Origin: a virus
IMG/VR virus record: IMGVR_UViG_3300036852_000388
Span: 1-43,979 of that record
Reading direction: 5' to 3' (one strand)
DNA length: 43,979 bases
The notes under the pieces: generated by a model
What the model was told of the DNA's origin: nothing
Databases searched by the model: none
The model's input: the letters and a program-made list of their open reading frames with translations, nothing else
Translations under genes and position numbers: made by a program
Shown: piece by piece, positions 1 through 9,075 of the stretch
Numbering within the stretch: the stretch's first letter is position 1
Layout: the number at the start of each line of letters is the position of its first letter

Positions 1-127
1 CAGCAGCAGCAGTTCCATGCGGTTGTTGTGCGCGCTGAGGAGGAGATCAACGATCCCAAGAGCGCCAACCACAAGGCCGACTATTGGGATGCGGTCGGGC
101 ATCTGGAGACTCAGCGCGTTAAAGAGC
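1..127. repeat. Terminal overlap copy 1 (identical to 43853-43979)
   Basis: Read by eye as identical over 127 nt (cagcagcagcagttccatgcgg...gcgttaaagagc). Confidence 0.95.
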
Positions 128-555
128 TGGAGCACATGTACCCCGATGCCTCGCCCTATGCTGCCCAGGTCGCCCAGCAGTACGGGTTGCGCAGCGTGGC
201 GGAGCTGAGGACGGCGGTGCTCAACCATGACCGGCAGGCGGTGGCCGTGCAGGCGCTGCAGATGGGCATGTCGCCGGCCGAGTTCTATTACAATCTGGCT
301 CTGAACCGCGGCTATCAGCCTAAGGCGGCGCAGCGGGCGCCCAACGGGCAGTTCGTGCCGGCGGACAAGGGCAAGCAGCAGATCGAAGCGGCGAAGCGGG
401 GCAAGGCGGCCTCGGTGAGCATCTCGGGCGGTGACGGCGGGCGGAAGGGTGCCGAGGATATGTCGCTGACCGATCTGGCTGATCTTGCGATCGAGAATCC
501 CGCCGAGTTCGACAAGGTGTGGGAGCAGATGGCACGTCAGGGCAAGCTCGGTTGA
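1..555 (+). CDS. Scaffolding-like protein, C-terminal part (continues 43376-43979 across the junction; about 343 aa in total)
   Basis: Frame 1 is open from nt 1 and joins in frame through the 127-nt overlap. Lies between portal and capsid. Q/E/A-rich, acidic and coiled-coil-like. Confidence 0.6.
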   Translation, partial: QQQQFHAVVVRAEEEINDPKSANHKADYWDAVGHLETQRVKELEHMYPDASPYAAQVAQQYGLRSVAELRTAVLNHDRQAVAVQALQMGMSPAEFYYNLALNRGYQPKAAQRAPNGQFVPADKGKQQIEAAKRGKAASVSISGGDGGRKGAEDMSLTDLADLAIENPAEFDKVWEQMARQGKLG

Positions 556-740
556 TGGCCCGGACGTACGCCCTCGACAAGATCATGGCGGAACGCGCGC
601 GCCTACGCGAGGCCATGACAGGCATTAATGATGCGATTCGCGGCGTAGAGCCTCCGTGCGCGGAGCCGCCGAAGGTAGAGGCGCCGCAGCCGCGCCGGGG
701 AGGCTGGCCTAAGGGTAAGCCTCGGAAGCCCAGGCAATAG
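555..740 (+). CDS. Small basic protein (61 aa), hypothetical
   Basis: ATG 555 overlaps the upstream TGA (TGATG). C-terminal tail RRGGWPKGKPRKPRQ. Confidence 0.45.
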   Translation: MARTYALDKIMAERARLREAMTGINDAIRGVEPPCAEPPKVEAPQPRRGGWPKGKPRKPRQ

Positions 741-748
741 TTCGCCGC

Positions 749-886
749 GTCTCAGGGCGTCATCTGAGACACTCGACCGGGCACGGCGTCAAAGGCCCCA
801 GGGTTGTTCTGCTGTGCTGAGGAACACGGTTCTCCGGCTCGCACCGCAAGCGAAGACCATCGCCCGCTCTGAGGCGTCATTCCGAG
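749..886 (+). promoter_or_regulatory. Capsid-gene leader with two hairpins sharing the loop GGCGTCAT
   Basis: GTCTCAG-ggcgtcat-CTGAGAC at 749-770 and ctctgaGGCGTCATtccgag at 867-886, within a roughly 220-nt non-coding gap. Confidence 0.35.
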
Positions 887-961
887 CACACCGCAACCAG
901 ATCCGATCAATCAGTCCGGCAGCTCTAGGAGGCGCGCCGGGCCGCACTACAGGTGTGCCAA

Positions 962-2065
962 ATGGCAGATACCGCATACGGCGTGAATGACGCCGAAGCC
1001 GTCAAGCTGTGGTCAAACAAGCTGGCCCGCGAGGCGCTGAAACGCACCTACATCAAGCGTTTCATCGGCCCCAGCTCCGACAGCATGATCCAGCAGAAGA
1101 ACGAGACTAACAAAGGCCCCGGCGACCGCATCCGCATCACGCTCAGGATGCAGCTCACCGGCGATGGTGTGGTCGGTGATGGCAATCTGGAGGGCAACGA
1201 GGAGTCGCTCACCACCTTCACCGACGACTTGATCATCAACCAGCTGCGCCATGCCGTGCGCAGCGAGGGGAAGATGACCGAGCAGCGCATTCCGTTCTCC
1301 ATCCGTGAGGAGGGCATGCAGGGCCTGGCCGACTGGTGGGCCGATCGCTGGGATACGTGGGCGTTCAACCACCTCGCCGGCTACACCCCGGCGAATGCGA
1401 ACAACGCCCTCATTGGTCACAACACCATCGCGGCACCGACGCGGCAGGTGTGGGCCGATGATACGTCTCCGGAGACCAACAACTCGGACGAGGACCTGGT
1501 GCTGGCTGATACCTTCACCTTGTTCGAGATCGACAAGGCGGTGGAGCGGGCCAAGGTCACGACCACAGGCGCCAACCCGACGCCAATCAGGCCGCTGATG
1601 GTGGACGGTGAGCCGTGGTTCGTAGTGTTCCTGCACCCCTATCAGGTGACGGACTTGAAGGCCACGGCTACGGTTGGTCAGGTCACCTGGTACGACATCC
1701 AGAAGGCGGCCATCCAGAGCGGCGTCGGCGTGGCGAAGAATCCGATCTTCTCGGGCGCGCTCGGCACCTACAACGGCTGCATCCTGCATGAATCGACGCG
1801 CGTTCCGCAGGGTGTGGATTCAGTTACCGGCCTTCCCATTACCACTGTGCGCCGGGCGATTCTGGCCGGTGCGCAGGCCGGCGTGTGTGGTTTCGGCCAG
1901 GGCCACGACAAGTCCACCTATGACTGGTTCGAGCAGATGTTCGACTACGGCAACAAGCTCGGCGTGAAGGCCGGCTGCATCTCCGGTCTGAAGAAGTCGC
2001 GTTACAACAGCCAGGACTTCGGCGTCGTGGTGATGTCGACGTGGGCTGCCGCGCACGGCGCATAA
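962..2065 (+). CDS. Major capsid protein (N4 gp56 / BPP-1-type family)
   Basis: N-terminus MADTAYGVNDAEAVKLWSNKLAREALK...FIG and overall pattern typical of this capsid family. Follows the scaffold gene. ATG 962 preferred over GTG 953. Confidence 0.8.
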   Translation: MADTAYGVNDAEAVKLWSNKLAREALKRTYIKRFIGPSSDSMIQQKNETNKGPGDRIRITLRMQLTGDGVVGDGNLEGNEESLTTFTDDLIINQLRHAVRSEGKMTEQRIPFSIREEGMQGLADWWADRWDTWAFNHLAGYTPANANNALIGHNTIAAPTRQVWADDTSPETNNSDEDLVLADTFTLFEIDKAVERAKVTTTGANPTPIRPLMVDGEPWFVVFLHPYQVTDLKATATVGQVTWYDIQKAAIQSGVGVAKNPIFSGALGTYNGCILHESTRVPQGVDSVTGLPITTVRRAILAGAQAGVCGFGQGHDKSTYDWFEQMFDYGNKLGVKAGCISGLKKSRYNSQDFGVVVMSTWAAAHGA

Positions 2066-2076
2066 GGGAGGCCGAC

Positions 2077-2481
2077 ATGGCACAGGGAAGTATCGCACGC
2101 AAACCCGTCGGCCAGCAGGTGGTCTACCTGCGCAGGCGGCTGTTCGGGGCTGTCGCGTCTGGCGGCGGCAACGGAACGTACACGGTCGGGTGGATCCCGG
2201 CCGGGTCCAACATCGTTCGCGGCCACATGTCCGTCAGAACCGTGTTCTCGGGCGGCACGCCGGCTGGAACGGCTGGCTCCAGGGCGTCACCGGCAAACGT
2301 GGTGGCGGCTCTGGCGACGCACCTGACCACGGCCGGGCACACCGCTATGGTCATCGCCGCTGGCGCAGGCTCTGTGGTGGATGTCGACACGGAGATCGTT
2401 GCCGTCATCAGCGGGACGCCGACGGCTGGCGTTGCAGACATTCAGTTCGAGTACATCCCGCCTGACGAGCGGCCGGCGTGA
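2077..2481 (+). CDS. Putative capsid decoration/cement protein (134 aa)
   Basis: SD taagggagg lies 5 nt before ATG 2077. Immediately downstream of the capsid gene. G/A/T-rich and beta-like. Call is by position only. Confidence 0.35.
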   Translation: MAQGSIARKPVGQQVVYLRRRLFGAVASGGGNGTYTVGWIPAGSNIVRGHMSVRTVFSGGTPAGTAGSRASPANVVAALATHLTTAGHTAMVIAAGAGSVVDVDTEIVAVISGTPTAGVADIQFEYIPPDERPA

Positions 2482-2493
2482 TGATGCGAAGTG

Positions 2494-2524
2494 AGGGGCG
2501 GGCTGAAAGGTCCGCCTTCTTCTC
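2494..2524 (+). terminator. Possible partial intrinsic terminator after the capsid/decoration genes
   Basis: Stem GGCGG(G)C / G(T)CCGCC followed by ttcttctc. Confidence 0.3.
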
Positions 2525-3199
2525 ATGAGTACGTTTGCAGTAATGCAGGCCCGCATTGCCGATGATTTGGTCCGCGACGATCTGGCCGCGCAAATTCGCA
2601 ATGCCATCAACGATGCGATCGAGTTGCAGGAGGGGGAGCGCTTCAAGTTCAATGAGAAGCGCTCCCGCCTCTTCACCGTGACCGGCCAGGAGTACTACGA
2701 CCTGACCAGCCCCACGTTGCTCACCAGCGCTGGTGCCGCGGTGGGCACTGGAGAGACGATCCTGGAGCTCGACGACATCACCTGCACTGTCAATAATTGG
2801 CCCTATCGCCTCTGCCCCCGCACCCAGCAGCACATCAACGAGTGGCAGTCGTCGAGCTACCAGGGCCAACCGGCGGACTACGCGCTGTATGGGCAGCAGC
2901 TGCGCATCTGGCCGGTGCCCGACCAGGCCTATCCCCTCGATCTCAATGGACTCGCCCGCCTCGCCCCCAACCCGCTCAGCGCCGATAGCGACACGAACGC
3001 ATGGATGATGGACGGGGCGTCGATCATTCGGGCGCAGGCCAAGATCCTGCTCTATCGGGACATCTTGCGGGATGATGTGGGCGTGACGCTGGCGACCCAG
3101 CAGCTGGTCGAGGCGGGCGGCAATCCCAACCCTGGCTCAGCCAAGCGCAAGATGGCTGCGCAGGCCTATACGGGGCGCATGAAAGCCTGGAACCTGTAG
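2525..3199 (+). CDS. Head-to-tail adaptor / tail tubular protein A-like
   Basis: 224 aa. Position and size match the podovirus gp11-type adaptor. Motif ...ERFKFNE... Stop overlaps the next start. Confidence 0.4.
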   Translation: MSTFAVMQARIADDLVRDDLAAQIRNAINDAIELQEGERFKFNEKRSRLFTVTGQEYYDLTSPTLLTSAGAAVGTGETILELDDITCTVNNWPYRLCPRTQQHINEWQSSSYQGQPADYALYGQQLRIWPVPDQAYPLDLNGLARLAPNPLSADSDTNAWMMDGASIIRAQAKILLYRDILRDDVGVTLATQQLVEAGGNPNPGSAKRKMAAQAYTGRMKAWNL

Positions 3200-4686
3200 T
3201 GGCTGATCCAAGCCCCATCCCCTTTGGCTCTTGGGAGCCCGATCGCAGCGACCGTGAGAACCCGGCGGCAGAGGCCAAGGGGGTGATCAGCCAGGCAGGC
3301 CAGTACGCGCCGCTGCCGGACGTGCAGGACTACAGCGTTGATGCGGAAGCTGACGGCATCGTGCTGGGCGGGGATACATTCTACGACGAGACCACGACGC
3401 CCCACATCTTCGCCGGCGACGCCACGAAGCTCTACCACCTGGAAAGCCGCATCGCGACCGATCGGTCAATAGCGGGCGGGTATACGCTGGGGTCTGAGGA
3501 CACGTGGCAGCTTGCGCAGTTCGGCAACAACGTCGTGGCCGTCACGCGGGCGGAGGTGCCCCAGTTCTTCGACATGATGGCCAGTCCCATCGTCGCCTTC
3601 GCCAATCTTGCTGGCTCTCCGCCCTCGGCCGCTACCAGCGTCGCCCGCGTGAATGATTTCTTGATGATGGGTGAGGGGTTCACGGTCCACTGGAGCGCCT
3701 TCAACGACATCACCGATTGGACGCCTGACCCGAGCACGCAGGCCGGCAATCAGGAGCTCGATCAGGAGCGGGGCGAGATCATCTCGATTGTCGGCCTCGA
3801 CTATGCCGCCATCTTCCAGGAGCGCGGCGTGCGCCGGGCGATCTACGTGGGCCCGCCGGTGATCTGGGATTTTGGCCAGGATTATCTGGAAAAAGCGAGG
3901 GGCTGCATAGCCAGGAACGCGGCAACGCCGTTCGGGCGATCGATCTTCTATGCGGCGGACGACGGCTTCTACATGTTCGACGGCCAGGCCAGTACCCCGA
4001 TCGGCGCCGGTAAGGTGGACACCTACTTCACGAGCAACCTCAACTACGCCTTTCGCCATCGGATCAGCATGGGCATCGACTATCGCCGCAAGTTGGTGAT
4101 GTGGGCGTACCCGAAGGGCTCCAGCCAGCTGCCGAGCGAGATGCTGATGTACTCGGTGCAGGACGGGCGCTGGACGCGCGAGGAGATCAACCTCGAGTTC
4201 CTGTTCGACAGCCCGGCCGAGCCGCAGACCATCGATCAGGTGGGCGGCTTCTGGAATCAGAGCATCGACGCACCCCCGGTGAGCACCTTCGATATCGATT
4301 CAGGCGTGCTCGACGATCGCCGCATCCGGCTGGCGGCCTGGCAGGCAGGCAATCATCGGTTGGGCTTCTTCGGCGGCCAGCCGCGGGCTGCGACCATCGA
4401 CACCAGGGAATCGGAGTTAGCCCCAGGCCGTCGCGGGATGGTGACGGAGGTCTGGCCGCTTGGCGACTTCCCGGCGGGCTCTGTGAGCGCCTCCATCGGT
4501 TACCGGTCGGCGCTGCCGGGCGGCATGAAGACCTATACCAGCCCTACGCTGATGAACTGGGCGGGCTTCTGTCCGGCGCGTATCGACGCAAGGTTCGGGA
4601 ACGTCCGCTTGCAGATCGCAGCCGGCGCCAGCTGGCGCAGGGCTGAGGGGGTGCATGTGACGGCGATGTCGACGGGGGGCAGGTAA
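3199..4686 (+). CDS. Tail tubular protein B / nozzle-like protein
   Basis: 495 aa. GTG 3199 shares 1 nt with the upstream TAG. Call is by position in the podovirus tail module. Confidence 0.4.
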   Translation: MADPSPIPFGSWEPDRSDRENPAAEAKGVISQAGQYAPLPDVQDYSVDAEADGIVLGGDTFYDETTTPHIFAGDATKLYHLESRIATDRSIAGGYTLGSEDTWQLAQFGNNVVAVTRAEVPQFFDMMASPIVAFANLAGSPPSAATSVARVNDFLMMGEGFTVHWSAFNDITDWTPDPSTQAGNQELDQERGEIISIVGLDYAAIFQERGVRRAIYVGPPVIWDFGQDYLEKARGCIARNAATPFGRSIFYAADDGFYMFDGQASTPIGAGKVDTYFTSNLNYAFRHRISMGIDYRRKLVMWAYPKGSSQLPSEMLMYSVQDGRWTREEINLEFLFDSPAEPQTIDQVGGFWNQSIDAPPVSTFDIDSGVLDDRRIRLAAWQAGNHRLGFFGGQPRAATIDTRESELAPGRRGMVTEVWPLGDFPAGSVSASIGYRSALPGGMKTYTSPTLMNWAGFCPARIDARFGNVRLQIAAGASWRRAEGVHVTAMSTGGR

Positions 4687-5610
4687 ATGGCTGACGAGAT
4701 TTACGACCTCGATCCGATCGATGCCAATAACACCGGCAGGTGGCCGGAGGGCATGCTGGGCGGGCAGATCAATAATGCCGGTCGGGCTGATGAGGGAATC
4801 CTGGCCCGGTGGTTCTTCGACACCAATGGCAGCCTCGGCTCCGGTGGGAGCTCCAACGCCTTCACCGTTACCCAATTGCGCACGATGGGCGGGCTGGGCG
4901 ACAACCACACCATAGCGTTCACCGCGAACCACACCATTACTGGAGCGGCAACGCTCAATCTCAACGACTTCGGCGCGAAGAGCATCAAGCGTTTCAACGG
5001 CAGCGACCTGACGGCGGGTGACATCGTGTCGGGGTTGCCGGTGTGGGTGACCTACAAGAGCGCGACCGATGCCTGGTACATGGTGAGCGCCGCGGCGGCG
5101 CTGTTCGCGAACATGCACGCGGACTTCAACGAGAACGGCAGCCCGGGCACTCCGGCCGCGAACGTGGCGCGGCTCTACGCGGGTAGCGCCTCAGTGCTGG
5201 AGTATGTGCGCAACGATGGCGTGACACGCCGCCTGCGGCCCGCCTCTGCGGCTGAGATGGAAGCGGCGGCCAGCGATGAGATGTGGGTGGCCCCAAGCCT
5301 GCAGCACCGGCACCCGGGGCATCCGAAGGCGTGGGGGCGGGCGAGCGGAGCCGGCACCCTTGTGGCCGGCAGCTACAACGTGGCCTCTGTGGTCAGGAAC
5401 TCCACCGGCAATTATACCGTGACGCTTACGAATGCCATGGCGGACACGAACTATGTTGCTCACCCAGCATTGCAGACCTCAAACCAGAACCGGGGCATCA
5501 CAATTGATCCGCCGGGGTCCACATCGCAATTCACAGTGCGGGTATTCAATACGGCTAGCGCCGCGGCCACCGATGACGGGTTTTCCTTCGTCGTCTACGG
5601 TGACATGTGA
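4687..5610 (+). CDS. Tail fibre protein
   Basis: N-terminus DPIDANNTGRWPEGMLGGQINNAGRADEGILARW is common in alphaproteobacterial phage fibres. C-terminus HPKAWGRASG...NYTVTLTNAM... matches a fibre tip domain. Confidence 0.6.
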   Translation: MADEIYDLDPIDANNTGRWPEGMLGGQINNAGRADEGILARWFFDTNGSLGSGGSSNAFTVTQLRTMGGLGDNHTIAFTANHTITGAATLNLNDFGAKSIKRFNGSDLTAGDIVSGLPVWVTYKSATDAWYMVSAAAALFANMHADFNENGSPGTPAANVARLYAGSASVLEYVRNDGVTRRLRPASAAEMEAAASDEMWVAPSLQHRHPGHPKAWGRASGAGTLVAGSYNVASVVRNSTGNYTVTLTNAMADTNYVAHPALQTSNQNRGITIDPPGSTSQFTVRVFNTASAAATDDGFSFVVYGDM

Positions 5611-5612
5611 GG

Positions 5613-6275
5613 TTAGGCAACGCGCTTGGCTCTGCGGCGGCTTCGTCCGGTGCGGAATGGGCGCTCTATGAGCTTGATCCAGCGGATTACCTTCTCGCTG
5701 GTGCTGTCTTTCCGGCCGCCGTGGGCGCTGCGGTGCACGATGATGCAGCTGCGATCAGATGCCGCTTCCTCAACCCCCGAGTAGCGGCGGTAAAGATGGG
5801 AGCAAGCCACTTCGCGTCTGGTGAGGTATGCCCATGTCAGCGCGTGCTCGTCATCGTTGATGGTGGCGCACCGGCGCTCCCACTCTTGGGCCAGCGCTCG
5901 AGCGCCTTCAGTCGGTCGGAACACCATGACGCGCGAGCCCATGAAGACGGAAACGTTCTGGCCGGCGCTCTTGGTTCGCATCCATGCAGACATGTCGCCT
6001 TCAATGCTCGCGACCTCGGCGATGCCGGCCCGCACGATGCAGTCTACGTCCATCAGAATGAGGGTCTTACCCCGGTGGGCGTCCATGGCCTCGAGCACCA
6101 CAGCTGGCTTCTGGAGGGCGCTCCAACCGCCAGCCTTCGGGCGGCTAAAGAGATGATAGGGCGCGTTGTGCTCGGCGAGGTTGGCGGCGAAGGCCTCGGC
6201 GAGCGGGCGATAGTCGGGAGTGAACCAACCAATGACGAGCCAATCGGCGGGCGTACCGCCCTTCAGATCTGACAT
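5613..6275 (-). CDS. GT-A-like nucleotide-sugar glycosyltransferase (putative lysogenic-conversion moron)
   Basis: DXD motif in LILMDVDCIV. Hand count gives 45/60 G/C at minus-frame third positions over the first 60 codons of the overlap. Antisense, 2 nt and 6 nt from the flanking fibre genes. Confidence 0.5.
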   Translation of the reverse strand: MSDLKGGTPADWLVIGWFTPDYRPLAEAFAANLAEHNAPYHLFSRPKAGGWSALQKPAVVLEAMDAHRGKTLILMDVDCIVRAGIAEVASIEGDMSAWMRTKSAGQNVSVFMGSRVMVFRPTEGARALAQEWERRCATINDDEHALTWAYLTRREVACSHLYRRYSGVEEAASDRSCIIVHRSAHGGRKDSTSEKVIRWIKLIERPFRTGRSRRRAKRVA

Positions 6276-6281
6276 GAGTCA

Positions 6282-8042
6282 ATGCCCCTAGACACACGCT
6301 GGAAAAATCCGCAGGGGTCAGACCCTAGATCCCTCCATCTGTGGGCTCAAGAATTAATTCGCGAGCTGCGCAAAGGCTCAACCAGCAGTGGTGGCAGCGT
6401 TGCGGCCGAGGATGTGTCATTTACGCCAGCTGGTAGCATCTCGGCGACGGACGTTCAGGCGGCGATTCAGGAGCTGGATGCCGAGAAGCTGAGCGCCGCT
6501 GACATCCGCCAGCGCCTAACCGGCAACACTGTCATTACCTTCGGTTCCGGTCAGGACTTCACCACGCTGCAGGCAGCATGGGACCACGCTGCTGCCAATC
6601 TCGACACGGCTGGATTTGAGCTCAAATTCAAGGGCATCGCTGGCACTCACGCCGGCGTAGAGGATGGCAAGACCATTGTCGGCGGCGGCACGATCGTCAT
6701 CGAAGGTATCAGCGGCGCTTCTGATACCGTTATCATTCAGGATGGTGCTGGTCTTGGCTCGATCCACATGGATCAGAGCGAAATTACGGTTCAGCACTTC
6801 GAAGTACGCGCAACGGGCGTGACCAGCGAGTGGGGTCTGACGGCCCCTTGGGGCGGCGTTATCAGGTTTGGCCCCGGCATGCGCCTTGGCGCCTGCGTCG
6901 GAGAGCAACTGCATGCCAGCTCTGGCGGCCAGATCAACAGTCTCGGTAACGCCTACTCGATCGTGGACGATGCTGGAAAGCACGCTTTCGCTGGCCAAGG
7001 TGGCCAAGTGCGTCTTCTGGAATCGACGGTCACACTTTCCGGCACGCCGGCCTTTTCCGAGGCGTTCGCCTACGCGGGTGCGGGTGGCATCATCGATGCC
7101 AGGGCGACGACGTTCTCAGGTGCCGCCACGGGCGTACCTTTCATCAACGAGCCCGGCGGCATCATCCTGCGTGACACGGATGACCCTTTCACCGCATTTC
7201 CTGGAGATGTCGAGGGGGTGTCGCAGCCGGCCTCGCTGTTCGATTCCGAGCTAGTGCTCGGCATGATCGATGATGATCGCAGTAACCAAGCGATCTTGAG
7301 GCTCGGTTCCGATCTCACCGCTAATCGCGACATCTTCGTCCTCACCGGCGACCAGGACCAGACCCTGGATCTCACCAAGGCGGCGGCCGTTCAGGTCTTC
7401 ACCGCGTCCGGCACGTACACGCCGACGGCAGGCATGAAGACCTGCCGCATCCGCGTACAGGCACCCGGCGGCGGCTCTGGTGGCGCGGATGGTGAGGGGT
7501 TTGGCGAAGGTGTTGCAAGCGGCGCCGGCGGCGCTGGCGAATACGCGGAAGGCATATTCACAGCGGCTCAGATTAGCGCCAGCCAGATAGTCACCATTGG
7601 CGCTGTAGGGACAGCCGGCAGCAATACGGGCGGCGACGGCGGTACGGGTGGGACCACGAGTGTTGGGTCGCTGATAACGGCCATCGGCGGTAGCGGCGGC
7701 ACGGGCACCGGATCGGATAGCACGGATAGCAGCCCAGTTGCTGGAGGAGCTGGCGGAACAGGTGGTGCTGGCGGCTCGCTCCGCGTCCCAGGGCAGGCGG
7801 GTGGGGTCAGCGATCTTGTTACGGATGAAGCCACGTTCGCGTTGATCAAGCCGGGGGCTGGCGGCAACGCAGTGCTGGGGCATGGGCCGCCTGCTCTCGC
7901 GTTTTCAGCCAGCGAAGACCGCGCGGCCGTGGCTGGGCCGAACTATGGAGCCGGCGCACGAGGGGCGCAGGCGGCTACAAACACTGGGATTGCTGGCGCG
8001 GTTGGTGGCGCTGGCATCGTGATCATCGAGGAATTTTTCTGA
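6282..8042 (+). CDS. Tail fibre/spike with glycine-rich C-terminal domain
   Basis: N-terminal motif VSFTPAGSISATDVQAAIQELDAEK is typical of fibres and spikes. C-terminus has GGGSGGADGEG...GGTGGAGG repeats. Confidence 0.6.
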   Translation: MPLDTRWKNPQGSDPRSLHLWAQELIRELRKGSTSSGGSVAAEDVSFTPAGSISATDVQAAIQELDAEKLSAADIRQRLTGNTVITFGSGQDFTTLQAAWDHAAANLDTAGFELKFKGIAGTHAGVEDGKTIVGGGTIVIEGISGASDTVIIQDGAGLGSIHMDQSEITVQHFEVRATGVTSEWGLTAPWGGVIRFGPGMRLGACVGEQLHASSGGQINSLGNAYSIVDDAGKHAFAGQGGQVRLLESTVTLSGTPAFSEAFAYAGAGGIIDARATTFSGAATGVPFINEPGGIILRDTDDPFTAFPGDVEGVSQPASLFDSELVLGMIDDDRSNQAILRLGSDLTANRDIFVLTGDQDQTLDLTKAAAVQVFTASGTYTPTAGMKTCRIRVQAPGGGSGGADGEGFGEGVASGAGGAGEYAEGIFTAAQISASQIVTIGAVGTAGSNTGGDGGTGGTTSVGSLITAIGGSGGTGTGSDSTDSSPVAGGAGGTGGAGGSLRVPGQAGGVSDLVTDEATFALIKPGAGGNAVLGHGPPALAFSASEDRAAVAGPNYGAGARGAQAATNTGIAGAVGGAGIVIIEEFF

Positions 8043-8101
8043 GGCTGGTCCCGGTTCCGCCCGCCAAGACGGCCACAGCATGGCCGTTCGTCGAATCGTG
8101 G

Positions 8102-8461
8102 GTGCGGGCGGCCCTGGAGCGCGGGAACGCCGACCAGTCGCCGGAAGACATCCAGAAGCAGATAGACCGCGGCGGGATGCAGCTCTGGCTGATCTGGGAT
8201 CGTAAGCCGGTGGGATGCGTCATTACAGAAATCATCGAGAGCACGCGTGGCCGCACCTGCAACATCGTCGTCCTCGGCGGTGAGCGCTTCAGCATGTGGG
8301 CGCACCTTGAGGCGGATCTGGCCCAGTGGGCTCGGGAGCACTGGGGATGTGTGCGGCTCAGCCTGGTAGGGCGCAAGGGATGGGCGCGGCGTCTGGCAGG
8401 CGTCGGGTGGGGTGAGACAGCGGTGACGCTGGAAAGGCGGATCGACGGTGGGCCAGAGTAA
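8102..8461 (+). CDS. GNAT-like acetyltransferase-fold protein (putative); true start probably upstream
   Basis: WLIWD..VGCVITEI...CNIVVLGG...GRKGWARRL pattern. The in-frame upstream stretch 8045-8101 (..AWPFVESW) looks coding but has no ATG, GTG or TTG. Confidence 0.35.
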   Translation: MRAALERGNADQSPEDIQKQIDRGGMQLWLIWDRKPVGCVITEIIESTRGRTCNIVVLGGERFSMWAHLEADLAQWAREHWGCVRLSLVGRKGWARRLAGVGWGETAVTLERRIDGGPE

Positions 8462-9059
8462 GCAGAAGACCAGCACGACCCAGACCGGTTGGGCACCGGC
8501 GATGGCGCAGGCTCAGAGCACGGCGCTGCCGGCGATCCAGCAGCAATATCAGAACACCCAGAACAGCCCGCTGTGGAAGGGCGCGCAGGACTGGGCGACC
8601 AGGACCATGGATCCGAGCTTCGTGGATCCAAGGAACAACCCCTACTTTGAGGGGGCGCTGCAGGACACTCTGGGATCTGTCAGGGGCAATACGGCAGCGA
8701 TGTTCAGTCGTGCCGGCCGCGGCACCAGCAACAACGCGAGCGGGCTGGGCGGCTACTTCACCGACACGGCCACGCGCGCCCTCGCGCCGACTCTGGCCGG
8801 CATGTACCAGCAGAACCAGGGACTGCAGGCGGGTGCGGCTGCAATGGCGCCCTCGCTGGTGTCAGACCCGGCGCTGCAGCAGTACCTGCAGAACGTCTCC
8901 GGCATGGCGGCCCTTGGACAGCAGGGCACATCCACCACGACATCATCGCCGAGCGCGCTGCAGATGATCGCCGGCCTGGGGGGGCTTGCAGGTGGCTTTT
9001 TCGGTGCTCCGGCGGGCGGCACCTCAGCCGCTGGCGGGCTCGCGGCAATGTTCCGCTGA
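8448..9059 (+). CDS. Internal virion / ejection protein (203 aa)
   Basis: Q/G/A/T-rich with a C-terminal glycine-hydrophobic tail. Precedes the large ejection proteins. Confidence 0.4.
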   Translation: MGQSKQKTSTTQTGWAPAMAQAQSTALPAIQQQYQNTQNSPLWKGAQDWATRTMDPSFVDPRNNPYFEGALQDTLGSVRGNTAAMFSRAGRGTSNNASGLGGYFTDTATRALAPTLAGMYQQNQGLQAGAAAMAPSLVSDPALQQYLQNVSGMAALGQQGTSTTTSSPSALQMIAGLGGLAGGFFGAPAGGTSAAGGLAAMFR

Positions 9060-9075
9060 TCAGGGAGTGCAGTAG

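Noticed and set aside
1013-1789. Long antisense or alternate-frame ORFs across the structural genes (for example 1013-1789 -, 8758-9762 -, 9606-10583 -, 41178-42305 -, 42393-43625 -, 22810-24387 +, 31026-32096 -).
   Set aside because: These are typical high-GC shadow ORFs. Their translations are R/P/A/G-rich and low in complexity. They overlap genes with clear motifs such as capsid, lysozyme, portal, nuclease and helicase.
5607-6272. Forward-strand ORF (221 aa) co-linear with the tail-fibre genes, competing with the antisense GT-like gene.
   Set aside because: Its G/C third-position bias is lower than that of the minus frame. It has no recognisable motif, whereas the minus frame gives a coherent GT-A-like protein with DXD. 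Some doubt remains because of the very tight antisense fit.
6282-8042. Possibility of a BPP-1-style diversity-generating retroelement acting on a tail fibre.
   Set aside because: There is no reverse transcriptase ORF in the window. I found no template/variable repeat pair near either fibre 3' end.
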